Below are positions 30,401 through 38,982 of a DNA stretch of 64,000 nucleotides, piece by piece (positions within the stretch are counted from its first letter, which is position 1; each line of letters opens with the position of its first letter). Location of the stretch: positions 1,280,001 through 1,344,000 of the forward strand of contig CAVZVA010000009.1 in the NCBI GenBank assembly GCA_963778655.1, in the 5' to 3' direction. The notes below the pieces were generated by a model, which ran no database searches, had not been told where the DNA came from, and saw nothing but the letters and a program-made list of their open reading frames with translations. The position numbers and the translations under genes are program-made. Origin of the DNA: an uncultured delta proteobacterium. GTDB taxonomy: Bacteria > Myxococcota_A > Polyangia > Polyangiales > JAFGIB01.

Positions 30401-31625
30401 CAAAATGCTGCACCGCGTCACGGGCAAGAGCGACCGCGCGCTCGAATTCAACCTGTGGCACAACCTCGGCGTCATTTACCGGGACCGGCTGCGAAGCTTC
30501 GAGAGCGCGGCCGAGGCCTTCGGGATGGCTTCACGCTTGCAGCCGGAGAACATGCAGGAGCACGTGATCCTGGCCGAGATCTACGCCTTGGTGCCGGAAC
30601 GCATCAAGGACGCGGTTGCGGAGCACCAGACGCTGCTGCGCGAGGATCCCTATCGCGTCGACTCCTACCGGCAGCTCTACAAGCTGTACTTCGACGCGCG
30701 GGACTACGACGGGGCCTGGTGCGTGGCCGCGGCCTTGAGCTTCCTCAAGAAGGCGGAGCCCGAGCACGCCCAGTTCTACGAACAATACCGCCCGGAGGGG
30801 CCGATACGCCCCAAGGCGCGGCTGACCAACGAGCGCTGGGTCAAGGACCTGTTTCATCCGGAAGAGGAGTACGTCGTCGGCAAGTTGTTCGAGGCGGTGA
30901 CGCCTGCGCTGTTGCGCATGCGCGCTCAGCCGGACAAGACGTGGCAGCTGCGCAAGAAGGACCTGATTCCTGACCTGATGAACACCACGGTGGCGTTTGC
31001 GCGCACCTTTGGCTTCGCGACGCAGGTCTTGAGCATGCCGCTGACGCCGCGGCTGTTCGTGTGCCCCGATCGCCAGGGCGGACTGGCGTATGCCACCACC
31101 TTGCCACCGGCCTCGGTGTGCGGCAGTGCGCTGCTCTCCGGCGTGAATCCGCTCGAAGTGATCTTCATCGTCGGCAAGCACCTGAGCTACTACCGCGGCG
31201 AGCACTATATCCGTGCGATGTTTCAGACCAAGGACGAGCTCAAGCTGGTGTTGGCCGCAGCGATGCAGATCGCCGGAGTGGAGATCAACGACCCTCACGT
31301 CGATCAGCTGGCCAAGCAGATCAGGGCCAACATGCAGCCGGCGGACCTGGAGCTGCTCAACAGTATCGGCAAGCGCTTCGTCGAGGCGGGGGCCCGCACC
31401 GACGTCAAGAAGTGGATGCGGATGGTCGAGCTCACCGGGTGCCGCGTGGGCTTCCTGCTGTGCAACAACCTCGAGATCGCCGCGCGCATGATCCAGGCGG
31501 AGCCGCCGATGGGCGCGGTGGAGCTGACGCCCAAGGAGAAGATCGAGGAGCTGCTGCTGTTCAGCATCTCGGACCAGTATTTCCGCCTGCGCGAGGCGCT
31601 CGGCATTCGTATCGCTGTGGCGTAG
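21486..31625 (+). CDS. gltI: Giant TPR-solenoid protein (~3380 aa), GltI/AgmK-like
   Basis: AGGAGG plus GTG start and no signal peptide. Dozens of repeats of the type A-x-x-x-Y-x-x-V-L-x-x-D-P-x-x-x-x-A-L-x-x-L-E-R-L-Y-x4-W. Lies downstream of gltG, as in glt loci. Confidence 0.75.
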   Translation: MSDNDVPVTTESEEDVRDSTDADGSQRRTGNGGGGTPRELSADERARLATLDEALQKFQAQKRWSDVIKTTLEKAELVHDPDRKVELFADAGRMYLERSSNQAEAIKCFRRVLEIAPDNREAIDRLKEMYEKRRDWERLIEIMRGECLLLATSEQTARRLELARLATERLRKPAICIELWQDVRAIDADNPEAVAALANLYERAREWAPLAEVLEKRSHQLSDKTESVHLLQKLGMIYADQLNDDQGAIEAFKRLLQLEPDDRRAQEQLKKRYVAAHAWDDLEAFYDATGKYDELIRTLERAADAKDGEQDERITLLFRVARLWSDRMNAPDRAARAYEKVLALDPANLDAAEALTPIYERSGDAKKLVGMYEVRLQHTEDPDERVLLLREAGLLYEEKLRSPQQAFERMVQAFVIDPSQDVLREDLERLAGKTKDWQPVFAAYAKAIEEATHPDDANDLRLHYGRMLGEAGLQEDAIEQYRAVWDDRPDDQAAIGALEALYRSTERFADLLRVLERRVELESDPSVRKELAYDIARLYREQLDDADRAIEAYRNIPLEFGEEENEAYRALEQLYEQQQRWQDLAETLEHRIDLGPASDEELAALKFRLAEVLRNRLADGARALELLCEVLTIMPEHEGALSALESLLRDAELGPRAAAILEPIYEGRNEWDKLIHALDVLAASVGPGDQRVDLITRVGEIYAERLQDQAKALEVYCRALREAPDSPGISARLEELAKAQGQLGMMVELLSELADQAQDPLLGKQLWVKAATLHEVELEDVDGAVAAYMHALELDEGDMEILGALEGLYRRTERWRELLSVLRRKVDAVIDPREQEQLLAQMAAIHDEMLHEPKQAIRIYNEVLEADPGSVTALSALDALYERQQMWSELADNLSRQLSMAEEEGARTALMLRLAGLREARMDDVLGAIEIYREVLDRDPSSAAALSALERLLQQPEQQVRVAEILEPLYRDSGDVRKLIGIHEIQLQHSESTDQRVDLLGRMAELYEVQLEDIEGAFRCHARALHEDPGNPDTQEQLERLAASAGAFQALAETYEAQLDATEDEQVRAVLHTKVAEIRETRLGDVEGAIAHYRRVLELSENNLDAASALERLYQMSERYEDLGQIFLAKAVMLDVPDEQRDHYFRAGQIYEEILDRPEQAIDVYQRSLQVEPDDIEALDKLIGLLLRLERWESLLDAYMSKADIVEDAEQKKALYAEVGAVHEAKLGQIDKAIETYQRILEIDPDDATAVARLDALYHAAGNWEELLSILEREAELATDPGQALEFRYRIGGLFEQRLADPYRAVEVYGEVLEAQPDHVAAQAALERMIAAGKEPVAAARVLEPIYRAAAESHKLVAVLEVLVANEEDPLRKVELLHQIAELHDVHLDQPRAAFEAYARALHHDNGNERTLTAIERLAERLSSWAELAQLYDAEIAGLREESPDLAVDLALRLARICEVQIGSVDAAIQRYRIVYEIDPGHPEALASLDRLYEVAERWRDLAEVLAKEAEVAGSPDDVLALQFRLGQLQQVRLGDIEQAIEQYREILAAAPEHEGALAALEGLFEQGVQPVTIGEILEPLYRMQDAWEKLIGVQHALLRVQGSIDDRIAAMHRIAEIAEERLGDIALAFTWMQRALIEDPLHDHSLSEAERLAGMSGEWAVLASTYAQIMERETRKEVVVAIGKRLARVYEEELADVVRAEEAFRYAVAVDDRDQDVLEALDRIYSEHGAGHALAEVLRKRVAAADDPEQKIDLMQRLGNVLYNDVGSTAEAIVVFQEILEQEPEREDTLRALQNVYLITQNWEQLQQVYEKELDVVVGDTAQAEILGRMAMLAWTKLNDLDGAVQLMKRVLDLLGEDPEALNALGNIYALQENWADLVDVLEREVAVCDDDALRVRIYSDLGRIWYDKLHRDRNALESWERVLDLDPSYTDALFAIAEIHRAAGSYSDLVDTLHRVIDVGGATLDDMVIEGVYMQLGAVFEERLEQPQDAVEAYGRALELNPRNFGAMDALERIHSVHEQWEDCIEVMTRRADALEDPAHKIQVLLEVAKMCDEKLGERERAIKPFTRILEIDRLHDQAFAQLEGLYREQSRFAELIDLYVARVEATDEVDERVRLLRKVAQVNEKDLGDKNQAFDALLLAWTQDFSNEETARELERMTGLTQRWNELLTTANNSLQEVAAEDLVTKNAICLKCARWYAREGHPEYAIPYLQQVLANDPLNLAAMKQMADLYQQTQQWQVYAQVLRKLSEMTEDPRERAEVCVRLGQLNEEQFHSAEQAIKLYRDALQAVPTQLDALKALERIHRSRSEWSDLIDVLKRKVQAVDDSEQSLAAKLELAEAYEDRVSDKSQAIEQYRRVLEEDDANLQALKGLERLYAQQERWQDLMGVLERQLQIVQNERDQITLLTRVASMWEEEFLKHDKAAERLEEVLNIDPTFVEALVGLERLYRQLRRWPDLINAYERHIENTVGRAEKAGLFQRIGEVYRDELSDSDRAVEAFIDVTGIDDDNTEALRALSALYEERSEHSMALDAMERLSRLVEGVEDKVALFHRMGRVYSAELGDNAAALDQYLKAVDLDPRHLPSLEAMRDLHVQEGNWRAAARVLEQAAEIEQSTRRGAELRVELGQIYEQHLDEHERAIECFEDAIKLDPDSAGAARPLLDEYVKQGRFQDAEPLVRMLVRSPDVAETEEKQRFWFLYGKVAENLDDDETAVKAYGEAFGLDTQDLASLIGLAAASFRLKDWESAHKHYQMLLVHRRDELAPEQITDALYRLGVIKREQGEIKKALNMFDKALEEDELHRPTLEALIDLHGREKEWEQVIHYKKRLLECAADDQERFRLYDEIGDLWQKELSNPAKAIEAFAEASALEPRNHVMLHKLLQLYTETAQWERTIETIGRISDLEERPEAKAKYANAVGVILRDELKDADAALQRFDQALDLDPVGMLKAFEAINRVLTQKKDWKGLERAFRKMLHRVTGKSDRALEFNLWHNLGVIYRDRLRSFESAAEAFGMASRLQPENMQEHVILAEIYALVPERIKDAVAEHQTLLREDPYRVDSYRQLYKLYFDARDYDGAWCVAAALSFLKKAEPEHAQFYEQYRPEGPIRPKARLTNERWVKDLFHPEEEYVVGKLFEAVTPALLRMRAQPDKTWQLRKKDLIPDLMNTTVAFARTFGFATQVLSMPLTPRLFVCPDRQGGLAYATTLPPASVCGSALLSGVNPLEVIFIVGKHLSYYRGEHYIRAMFQTKDELKLVLAAAMQIAGVEINDPHVDQLAKQIRANMQPADLELLNSIGKRFVEAGARTDVKKWMRMVELTGCRVGFLLCNNLEIAARMIQAEPPMGAVELTPKEKIEELLLFSISDQYFRLREALGIRIAVA

Positions 31626-31825
31626 GCCCAGCGCACAGATAACCTGCTCAGTTGCGGCTCGGGGGCGGGCGCATTCGCGGCTTTCGTCCTCGAAAGCCTC
31701 CTCGAAATACATCGAGTATTCCTGTGGCCTTCTCTGCGGGCGCGCTCGCGATCGCACTCCGCCGACAAGCCGGTCGTGGTCAGGTCATTTGTGCTCGGGC
31801 CTCAGGCCTCAGGGCGGCGCGGCTT

Positions 31826-32632
31826 TCAGTTGCGACGCAGCATCCGCCGCTCGAGCGCCCAGGCGAGCCACAGCCCGCGCGCCCCGAGCGTGGCGAAGAC
31901 CAGTGCTTGCTGGCAGGCGAGGGCGGGTAGGTCCCAGCGGGACGCGGGCAGACTCCGGCCCAGCGCTTCGGCCAGCAGCAGCAGCAGCGCCGCTGCGCCC
32001 GCGCTGAGCCCGCGCAGCAGCAGCGCCGGGGCTCCGAGCGCATGGCGCGCGCGGGCGAGGGCGCGCCATGGTCCGCCTGCGCCGGCGGCGAGCGCCGCGC
32101 GGGCGAGGTCGTGCAGCGTGGCCAAGTACAGCAGCACCAGCGCGCCCGTGCAGACGCCGGCGGCACGCAAGGCTTGCTGCGCGAGCTCGGCGGCAAACGG
32201 CAGGGCCGCGAGCAGAGCCGGCCCGATCGCGAAGACCAGGATCGTGCCGGCGCCGGTGATCCACGCGCAGCAAGTCAGCATCAGGCTGGACGGATAGCCG
32301 CGCAAGCCGTGTACCAGGCTCGCGCGTGCGCTGCCGGCGCCGTCCATCGCGTGCAACCACGACAGGCCGAGCCACGGGCCGAGCGCGGCATACAGGCCGC
32401 CCGCGGCCAACACGCGCCATGTGATCGCGGGCGCGTTGTGCGCGCCTAGCTGAGCGAGCGCGACGGCAGCCGCGCGCTCGGGAGCGACCGCCCGAGCGGC
32501 GTGGGCCAAGCCGGCGATCAGCTGCGCCGACAGCGGCCAGCTGATCGCCAGCGCCGCGGCGGTGCGACAGGCGTAGAGCAGCAGCATCATGCTGCCGGCA
32601 CGCCGCAGCCTCGCCGGGCCGGCGCCGTTCAC
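31826..32632 (-). CDS. Multi-pass membrane protein of unknown function
   Basis: GTG start overlaps the peptidase stop (GTGA); about 6 hydrophobic segments. Confidence 0.6.
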   Translation of the reverse strand: MNGAGPARLRRAGSMMLLLYACRTAAALAISWPLSAQLIAGLAHAARAVAPERAAAVALAQLGAHNAPAITWRVLAAGGLYAALGPWLGLSWLHAMDGAGSARASLVHGLRGYPSSLMLTCCAWITGAGTILVFAIGPALLAALPFAAELAQQALRAAGVCTGALVLLYLATLHDLARAALAAGAGGPWRALARARHALGAPALLLRGLSAGAAALLLLLAEALGRSLPASRWDLPALACQQALVFATLGARGLWLAWALERRMLRRN

Positions 32633-34326
32633 GGGCCCACCGTCGCGAGCAGCGCCTGCGCCCAAAGCAGCAGCCGTGAGAGCCAGCGGAAGCCGGCTGC
32701 GGACGCGCGTTCGGCCTGGCGCCGTGGCGGCGGCGGCGACGAGCGCGGGTGTGCGCGAGCCAGAGGATGCCAGGGGTCGAAGCGGCGCGCCGACAGCGCG
32801 GGGCGCAGGACGTCGCGCGCGAAGCCACGCCAGTAGCTGTGGTCGAAGGCCGACCACAGCGCGCCGAGGCCGGGATGGCCGAAGCGGTTGTCGCGCGCGT
32901 AGCGGCCCAACGCCGACCACAGGCGGGGGCGACCCCAGGTGCGCGCGACGGCGTCGAGGGTGAGCGCCGGGCGCACGTACACCGCGGCCGCGAGCTGATC
33001 GGGGCGATAGCGATAAGCGGGCTCGAGCGCGGAGCGCGGCGGGCGATCGGCGGCCAGTTGCGCGCGGCTCAGGTCGACGAGGTCGAGCGGTGCGCCGGCC
33101 CAGCGCTCGAAGAAGGCGCGGTCGTAGCGCGTGCGCAGCAGCTCGAGGCCGAGCCATTCGGCCAGCCCCTCGTCGAGCACGGGCGTGGCCAGCTCATTGC
33201 TGGCGACCGTGATGGGAAACCACTGGTGCGCCAGTTCGTGTGCGCTGGTCAGGTCCTGGGTCAGACGCGCGCTGGGATCGAGCTCGCTCCACGGCGCAAG
33301 CGGCCAGCCCAGGATCAGCGCGGGGTACTCCATGCCCGCGGCGCCCCAGCCGGCGAGCGGGGGCAGCACCAGCAGCAGGCTGCGGTATGGGTAGGGCCCG
33401 AGCCTGGGCTCGAGCCGCGCGATGCCGTCGCGCACCAGCGCGGCCTGCGCGCGCGCGATGCCCAGGTGGCCGCGCGGCGCGCAGACGTCGATCCGCACGC
33501 GGCCTGGCAGCCGTGTGCAGTACAGGTCAGGGTACGCCGTCCAGGCGATGTCGAGCGCGTGGGGCAGCGCGTAGCACTGTGCACGCGCGTCGTCCGTCGC
33601 GCCGAGCGGGCTGCGCGGGCAGGGCACCTGCGCGCCGGGCGCGGCCACCACGTAGCGCAGCGGGGCGCTCACGCGCAGCTCGTAGTCGGCGAAGTCAGCG
33701 TAGAACTCGCCCAGGCCGTGGTAGGGGAAGCTGACGAAGCGGCCGTCCGGATCGAGCTTGGCCAGCTTGGGGAACCACTGGGCCACCATGAAGAAGTCGC
33801 CGCTCGCGCCCATGCGCGCCACGATTTCGGGTAGTCGCACCCGGAAGTCGATCTCGAGCTGGATCTCGGCGCCGGGCGAAAGCGGGCTCGGCAGCTCGAC
33901 GCGCATCTGGGTCGCGTCGTGCTCGACCAGGTCTGTGCGCGCGCGTGCGAGCAGGTCGTCACCGCGGGCATCGCGCAGGCTCAGCACGTCGATGCCGCCG
34001 GGGCGCTGCAGCCGCTCGCCGCGCAGGCGGAAGCCTTGCTCGCGCATGAACACCGTACGCGGGCCGGCGAATGCGTTCGGGTAGAGGTGGAAGATCAGAA
34101 ACGACAGCGGCTGCCGGCTGCGATTGCGCCAGCGGATCCGAGCGTGCCCGCGCACGCTGCGCGCTTGCGGGTCGAGGCGCGCGTCCAGCCGATACAGGTC
34201 GGGCGCGGAGGGCTGCGCATGGCCCGGCCCCGGCGCGGCTGCGAGCCAGGCCGCGCAGCCGAGCCAGGCCGCGCGAGCAAGAAGGCGGCGGCGATCGCCC
34301 TGAGCAGCGCTGCCGCCAGCGTTCAT
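32629..34326 (-). CDS. Exported M1-family zinc aminopeptidase
   Basis: GAAGMEYP exopeptidase motif, HELAH-x18-E (DEG), FHLYPNAF and QWFPK. The true start is well inside the listed 1187-aa ORF. Confidence 0.85.
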   Translation of the reverse strand: MNAGGSAAQGDRRRLLARAAWLGCAAWLAAAPGPGHAQPSAPDLYRLDARLDPQARSVRGHARIRWRNRSRQPLSFLIFHLYPNAFAGPRTVFMREQGFRLRGERLQRPGGIDVLSLRDARGDDLLARARTDLVEHDATQMRVELPSPLSPGAEIQLEIDFRVRLPEIVARMGASGDFFMVAQWFPKLAKLDPDGRFVSFPYHGLGEFYADFADYELRVSAPLRYVVAAPGAQVPCPRSPLGATDDARAQCYALPHALDIAWTAYPDLYCTRLPGRVRIDVCAPRGHLGIARAQAALVRDGIARLEPRLGPYPYRSLLLVLPPLAGWGAAGMEYPALILGWPLAPWSELDPSARLTQDLTSAHELAHQWFPITVASNELATPVLDEGLAEWLGLELLRTRYDRAFFERWAGAPLDLVDLSRAQLAADRPPRSALEPAYRYRPDQLAAAVYVRPALTLDAVARTWGRPRLWSALGRYARDNRFGHPGLGALWSAFDHSYWRGFARDVLRPALSARRFDPWHPLARAHPRSSPPPPRRQAERASAAGFRWLSRLLLWAQALLATVGP

Positions 34327-34443
34327 GCCCGAGAGGCTTCGCGCGTCCTGCTTCTCGGTCAAGAGCTTCGTGGCCCGGATTAATCCAGCCTTACGGCACA
34401 CGGGCATTCTCCGGGCCGGGTCGCGTGGTATGGATCGGCGCGC

Positions 34444-34959
34444 ATGAACGAGCCCCTGGTGCTGGCCTTGCACAGCCGCGGCGACACGCGCCGCCTCGGG
34501 CACAGGCTGGCCGCGTGCCTGGCCGCGGGCGATCTGCTCGTGCTCGAGGGCGAGCTGGGCGCCGGCAAGACCTTTCTGGCGCGCGCCATTGCGCGCGGGC
34601 TCGGGGTGCCGGCGGAGGTACGGGTGACGAGCCCGACCTTCGAGCTGGTGCACGAGCTGCCTGCGCGCAGGCCGCTGTTGCACGTCGATCTGTACCGGCT
34701 CGACGACGCCGGCGCGCTGGGGGAGCTGGGCCTCGCCGACCGCATCGGCGCCGATGCGATCGTGCTGGTCGAGTGGGGGGAGCGATTTTTCGCCGCGCTG
34801 GGCGGCGAGGGGCTGCTGCTGTCGATCGCGCTCGACTCGGCGGGACGCCGCAGCTGTCGACTGCAGGCCCGCGGCGAGCGCGGCGATGCGCTGCTTTCTC
34901 GGCTGCGCGCAGAGCTCACGCACCGCGACGTACATGGGCCCGGCTGTGGCCCGCATTGA
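34444..34959 (+). CDS. tsaE: tRNA threonylcarbamoyladenosine biosynthesis ATPase TsaE
   Basis: GELGAGKT, VTSPTF, HVDLYRL and LVEWGE. Confidence 0.95.
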   Translation: MNEPLVLALHSRGDTRRLGHRLAACLAAGDLLVLEGELGAGKTFLARAIARGLGVPAEVRVTSPTFELVHELPARRPLLHVDLYRLDDAGALGELGLADRIGADAIVLVEWGERFFAALGGEGLLLSIALDSAGRRSCRLQARGERGDALLSRLRAELTHRDVHGPGCGPH

Positions 34960-35019
34960 TGCGGAGTCATCCCTCGGCTTGCGGCGGCCGGGCAGCTCTG
35001 CTAGCAAGTCGCCTCCGGG

Positions 35020-38000
35020 ATGCCCCGCCGGAACGACATCCGCCGAATCCTGTTGATCGGATCCGGCCCGATCGTCATCGGCCAGGCTTGCGAGTTCGAT
35101 TACTCCGGAACCCAGGGCACGAAGGCGCTCAAGCAAGAGGGTTACGAGGTGATCCTCGTCAACTCCAATCCGGCCACGGTGATGACCGACCCGGAGCTGG
35201 CGGACCGCACCTATGTCGAGCCGCTCGACCCGGATGTGGTCACCTCGATCGTGGCGCGCGAACGACCCGACGCGTTGCTGCCGACGTTGGGCGGTCAAAC
35301 CGCGCTCAACGTCGCGCTCGCGTTGCACGATCGGGGGGTGCTCGAGCAACACGGCGTGGAGCTGATCGGCGCCAGCGTCCAGGCCATCCGCAAGGCCGAG
35401 GATCGCGAGCTGTTCAACGACGCGATGCGCAAGATCGGCCTGGAGGTCGCGCAATCGCGGCTCGCTCGCACGCTGGAGGAGGCGCGCGCGGCGACCGAGG
35501 AGCTCGGCTTCCCGGTGATCCTGCGGCCCTCGTTCACGCTCGGGGGCTCGGGCGGCGGCGTGGTCTACGAATCGCGCGCGTTCGACGCCGCGATCCGCTG
35601 GGCATTCAGCCAGAGCCCGACCCACGAGTGCCTGATCGAGGAGAGCCTGCTCGGCTGGAAGGAGTTCGAGCTGGAGGTGATCCGCGACCACGCGGATAAC
35701 TTCTCGGTGATCTGCAGCATCGAGAACTTCGACCCGATGGGCGTGCACACCGGTGACTCGATCACGGTGGCGCCGGCGATGACGCTGACAGACAAGGAGT
35801 ACCAGCGCCTGCGCGACGCCTCGCGCGCGATCATCACCGAGATCGGCGTGGACACCGGTGGCTCGAACATCCAGTTCGCGGTCAATCCCGAGAACGGGCG
35901 CGTGATCGTGATCGAGATGAACCCGCGGGTCTCGCGATCGAGCGCGCTGGCGTCGAAGGCGACGGGCTATCCGATCGCGAAGATCGCCGCCAAGCTCGCG
36001 GTCGGCTACCGCCTCGACGAGCTGCGCAACGACGTGACCGGAACCAGCGCGGCGTTCGAGCCGAGCATCGACTACGTGGTGACCAAAGTCCCTCGCTTCG
36101 CCTTCGAGAAGTTCGAGGGCGCCGACCAGCGGCTCACCACGCAGATGAAGTCGGTCGGCGAGGTGATGGCGATCGGCCGTACCTTCAAGCAATCGCTGCT
36201 CAAGGCGGCGCGGGCGCTGGAGAACGGCCGCGACGGATTGAGCTCGATGCTCGAGCGCATCGACTACGCCGCCTACGCGCGCAAGCTGGCAGAGCGCGGA
36301 GAGGACGGGGCGGTGTTGGGCAGCGCGCCGCGGCGTGAAGAGGGCGCGCCGCTGCCCCCCATCGACGAGCTGCGCGAGGCGCTGCTGGCGGTCATCCGCA
36401 CGCCGCTAGGGGACCGGCTGTGGTACATCGCCGACGCGCTGCGCGTGGGCTGCAGCCCTGAGCAGGTGTGCCGGGCGACCTCGATCGACCCCTGGTTCGT
36501 GGCGCAGCTCGCGCAGATCATCGAGCAGGAGTCGGCGCTCAAGGCGACCGCCGAGCAGGATGCCGCAGGCGGCGTGGGGTCGCTGCGAGGGCCCAAGCTG
36601 GCCGGGTTTTCGGATGCCGCGCTGGCGAGGATATCGCACTGCAGCCTGGAGGCCTTGAGGGCGCGCCGGCTCGAGCAGGGGCTGCGCCCGATTTACGCGC
36701 GCGTCGACAGCTGCGCGGCCGAGTTCGTGGCGCTCACGCCCTACCTCTACTCCACCTGGGGCGAGCGCAGTGAGTCCAATCCCAGCGCGCTGCGCAAGGT
36801 GATGATCCTCGGCGGCGGCCCCAACCGCATCGGGCAGGGCATCGAATTCGATTACTGCTGCGTGCACGCCTCGTTTGCGCTGCGCGAGCTCGGGATCGAG
36901 ACCATCATGGTCAACTGCAATCCCGAAACCGTCTCGACCGACTACGACACCTCGGACCGCCTGTACTTCGAGCCGCTCACGTTCGAGGACGTGATGAGCG
37001 TCGTGGACGAGGAGAACCCGGACGCGGTGATCGTTCAGTTCGGCGGGCAGACTCCGCTCAAGCTGGCGGTGCCGCTGGCGCGTCAGGGCGTGCGCCTGCT
37101 GGGTACGCCGGCCGAAGCCATCGATCGCGCGGAGGACCGCGAGAAGTTCGAGGCGCTGCTGGAGAAGCTCGGCCTGCAGCGGCCGCGCGGGGTGATCGCG
37201 CACGGCATGCAGGAGGCGCTGGAGGCGGCGCAGCGGCTGGGCTTTCCCGTGATGGTGCGGCCGAGCTACGTGCTCGGCGGGCGCGCGATGGAAATCGTCA
37301 GCTCGCAGAATGAGCTCACCGGCTATTTGCGGCGCGCGTTCGAGGCGATCGAGGACACCGAGCGTCCCACCATCCTGATCGACGAGTTCCTGCAGGATGC
37401 GATCGAGGTGGACGTCGACTGCCTGGCCGACGGCCGGGACGCGGTGATCGGCGGATTGCTACAGCACGTCGAGGAGGCGGGCGTGCATTCGGGCGATTCG
37501 ACCATGGTGCTGCCGGCGCACACCCTGCCGGAGGGCGTGCTGGCGGAGATCCGCCGCGCCACGCGTGCCCTTGCGCTCGAGCTGGGCGTGTCGGGTCTGA
37601 TGAACGTTCAGTTCGCGGTGCGGGGCCAGAGCGTATTCGTGATCGAGGTCAACCCGCGCGCGTCACGCACGGTGCCCTTCGTGAGCAAGGCGATCGGCAA
37701 ACCGCTGGCGAAGATCGCGACCAAGGTGATGGCCGGCAAGAGCTTGCAAGAGCTGGGCCTGACCGAGGAGATCGTGCCGTCGCACGTGGCCGTCAAGGAG
37801 TCGGTGTTTCCGTTCGCCAAGCTGCCCGGCGTGGACACCATCCTCGGTCCGGAGATGCGCTCCACCGGTGAGGTGATGGGCATTGGCGCGACCTTTCCCG
37901 AGGCCTTCGACAAGGCGATGCTGGCGGCGGGCACGCGTTTGCCCGAGCAGGGCACGGTGTTCATCAGCGTGCGCGACGAGGACAAGGCCGCGGGCTGTCG

Positions 38001-38373
38001 CGTGGGCGCGCGTCTCTCGGGGCTGGGCTTCCGGCTGGTGGCGACCGACGGCACCGCGCGCGCGCTGGCCGACGCCGGCGTTGCTTGCGAGCGGATCAAC
38101 AAGGTGCCGCAGGGCAGCCCGCATTGCGTGGACCTGGTTCGAGAGGGAGGAGTCGACATGGTGATCAACACCACCTCCAACGCCCAGGCGATTCGCGACA
38201 GCTATTCGATCCGACGTCAGACGCTGATGGCGGGCATCGCGTACTTCACCACGATCGCGGCCGCGGACGCGGCCACGGGGGCGATCGAAGCGACTCGGCA
38301 GCGCGGTGCACGCTTCGGCGTACGCACGTTGCAGGAGTACCACGACGGTATCGGCGGGCCCGCGTCGAGCTGA
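35020..38373 (+). CDS. carB: Carbamoyl-phosphate synthase large subunit
   Basis: [17 protein letters not shown], duplicated ATP-grasp ([19 protein letters not shown]), and C-terminal MGS domain. Confidence 0.98.
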   Translation: MPRRNDIRRILLIGSGPIVIGQACEFDYSGTQGTKALKQEGYEVILVNSNPATVMTDPELADRTYVEPLDPDVVTSIVARERPDALLPTLGGQTALNVALALHDRGVLEQHGVELIGASVQAIRKAEDRELFNDAMRKIGLEVAQSRLARTLEEARAATEELGFPVILRPSFTLGGSGGGVVYESRAFDAAIRWAFSQSPTHECLIEESLLGWKEFELEVIRDHADNFSVICSIENFDPMGVHTGDSITVAPAMTLTDKEYQRLRDASRAIITEIGVDTGGSNIQFAVNPENGRVIVIEMNPRVSRSSALASKATGYPIAKIAAKLAVGYRLDELRNDVTGTSAAFEPSIDYVVTKVPRFAFEKFEGADQRLTTQMKSVGEVMAIGRTFKQSLLKAARALENGRDGLSSMLERIDYAAYARKLAERGEDGAVLGSAPRREEGAPLPPIDELREALLAVIRTPLGDRLWYIADALRVGCSPEQVCRATSIDPWFVAQLAQIIEQESALKATAEQDAAGGVGSLRGPKLAGFSDAALARISHCSLEALRARRLEQGLRPIYARVDSCAAEFVALTPYLYSTWGERSESNPSALRKVMILGGGPNRIGQGIEFDYCCVHASFALRELGIETIMVNCNPETVSTDYDTSDRLYFEPLTFEDVMSVVDEENPDAVIVQFGGQTPLKLAVPLARQGVRLLGTPAEAIDRAEDREKFEALLEKLGLQRPRGVIAHGMQEALEAAQRLGFPVMVRPSYVLGGRAMEIVSSQNELTGYLRRAFEAIEDTERPTILIDEFLQDAIEVDVDCLADGRDAVIGGLLQHVEEAGVHSGDSTMVLPAHTLPEGVLAEIRRATRALALELGVSGLMNVQFAVRGQSVFVIEVNPRASRTVPFVSKAIGKPLAKIATKVMAGKSLQELGLTEEIVPSHVAVKESVFPFAKLPGVDTILGPEMRSTGEVMGIGATFPEAFDKAMLAAGTRLPEQGTVFISVRDEDKAAGCRVGARLSGLGFRLVATDGTARALADAGVACERINKVPQGSPHCVDLVREGGVDMVINTTSNAQAIRDSYSIRRQTLMAGIAYFTTIAAADAATGAIEATRQRGARFGVRTLQEYHDGIGGPASS

Positions 38374-38446
38374 GGCCGCCGACCTCCGCCATGCGCGGCC
38401 TTACGATCTTGCCCGTGGCCGGGTCGAGGTGTACCACTAGCCCACC

Positions 38447-38920
38447 ATGGATCGCTATCCGATGACGCCCGAGGGCTACCATGCGCTGACCGCGGAGCTC
38501 AAACACCTGCAGAGCGTCGAGCGTCCGAAGATCAGCAAGGAGATCGGCATCGCGCGCGAGCACGGCGATCTCAAGGAGAACGCCGAGTATCACGCCGCGC
38601 GCGACCGCCAGGGACACATCGAGGCGCGGATCGCGCACCTCGAGGGCATGCTCGCCCGGGCCGAGGTCGTCGAGCCCAGCCAGATGACCGGCGCGCGTGT
38701 CAAATTCGGTGCACGCGTGACGCTCGAGGACGTGGACAGCGGCGAAGCGAAGACGTTTCGCATCGTCGGCGCCGAAGAGGCCGACGTGCCCAAGGGCATG
38801 ATCTCGGTCACCTCGCCGATGGCCCGGGCGTGCATCAACCACGAAGTCGGCGACGAGATCCGCGTCAATGCGCCGGGCGGCGCGCGCAACTACGAGATCG
38901 TCGACCTCCAGTGGAAGTGA
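38447..38920 (+). CDS. greA: Transcription elongation factor GreA
   Basis: AREHGDLKENAEYHAA and ISVTSPMARA; follows carB. Confidence 0.96.
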   Translation: MDRYPMTPEGYHALTAELKHLQSVERPKISKEIGIAREHGDLKENAEYHAARDRQGHIEARIAHLEGMLARAEVVEPSQMTGARVKFGARVTLEDVDSGEAKTFRIVGAEEADVPKGMISVTSPMARACINHEVGDEIRVNAPGGARNYEIVDLQWK

Positions 38921-38982
38921 CGCAACGGTGCTCGCGACGGCCGATCGGCCGGCTAGCGCCGATTTGAAGGGGCAGGCCACCG

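Noticed and set aside
21486..31625. Repetitive appearance of the giant gene as a possible DNA repeat array or CRISPR
   Set aside because: The repeats are degenerate protein-level TPR units, with no identical DNA repeats or spacers.
10540..31625. Visibly lower GC in the glt genes than in flanks such as 31.8-34.3 kb and 40-45 kb, suggesting horizontal transfer
   Set aside because: Third positions remain G/C-rich, and the difference tracks Lys/Glu/Asp/Tyr-rich versus Ala/Arg-rich proteins. No integrase, tRNA or boundary repeats were seen. Not computed.
31679..31698. 8-bp hairpin GGCTTTCG-TCCT-CGAAAGCC after the gltI-like gene
   Set aside because: It has no U-tract on either side, so it is too weak to call a terminator or ncRNA.
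34327..36192. N-terminal ~620 aa of the listed 1187-aa minus-strand ORF, suggesting a large peptidase fusion
   Set aside because: It is antisense to tsaE and carB, a shadow frame of high-GC codon bias. The real peptidase begins near 34326.
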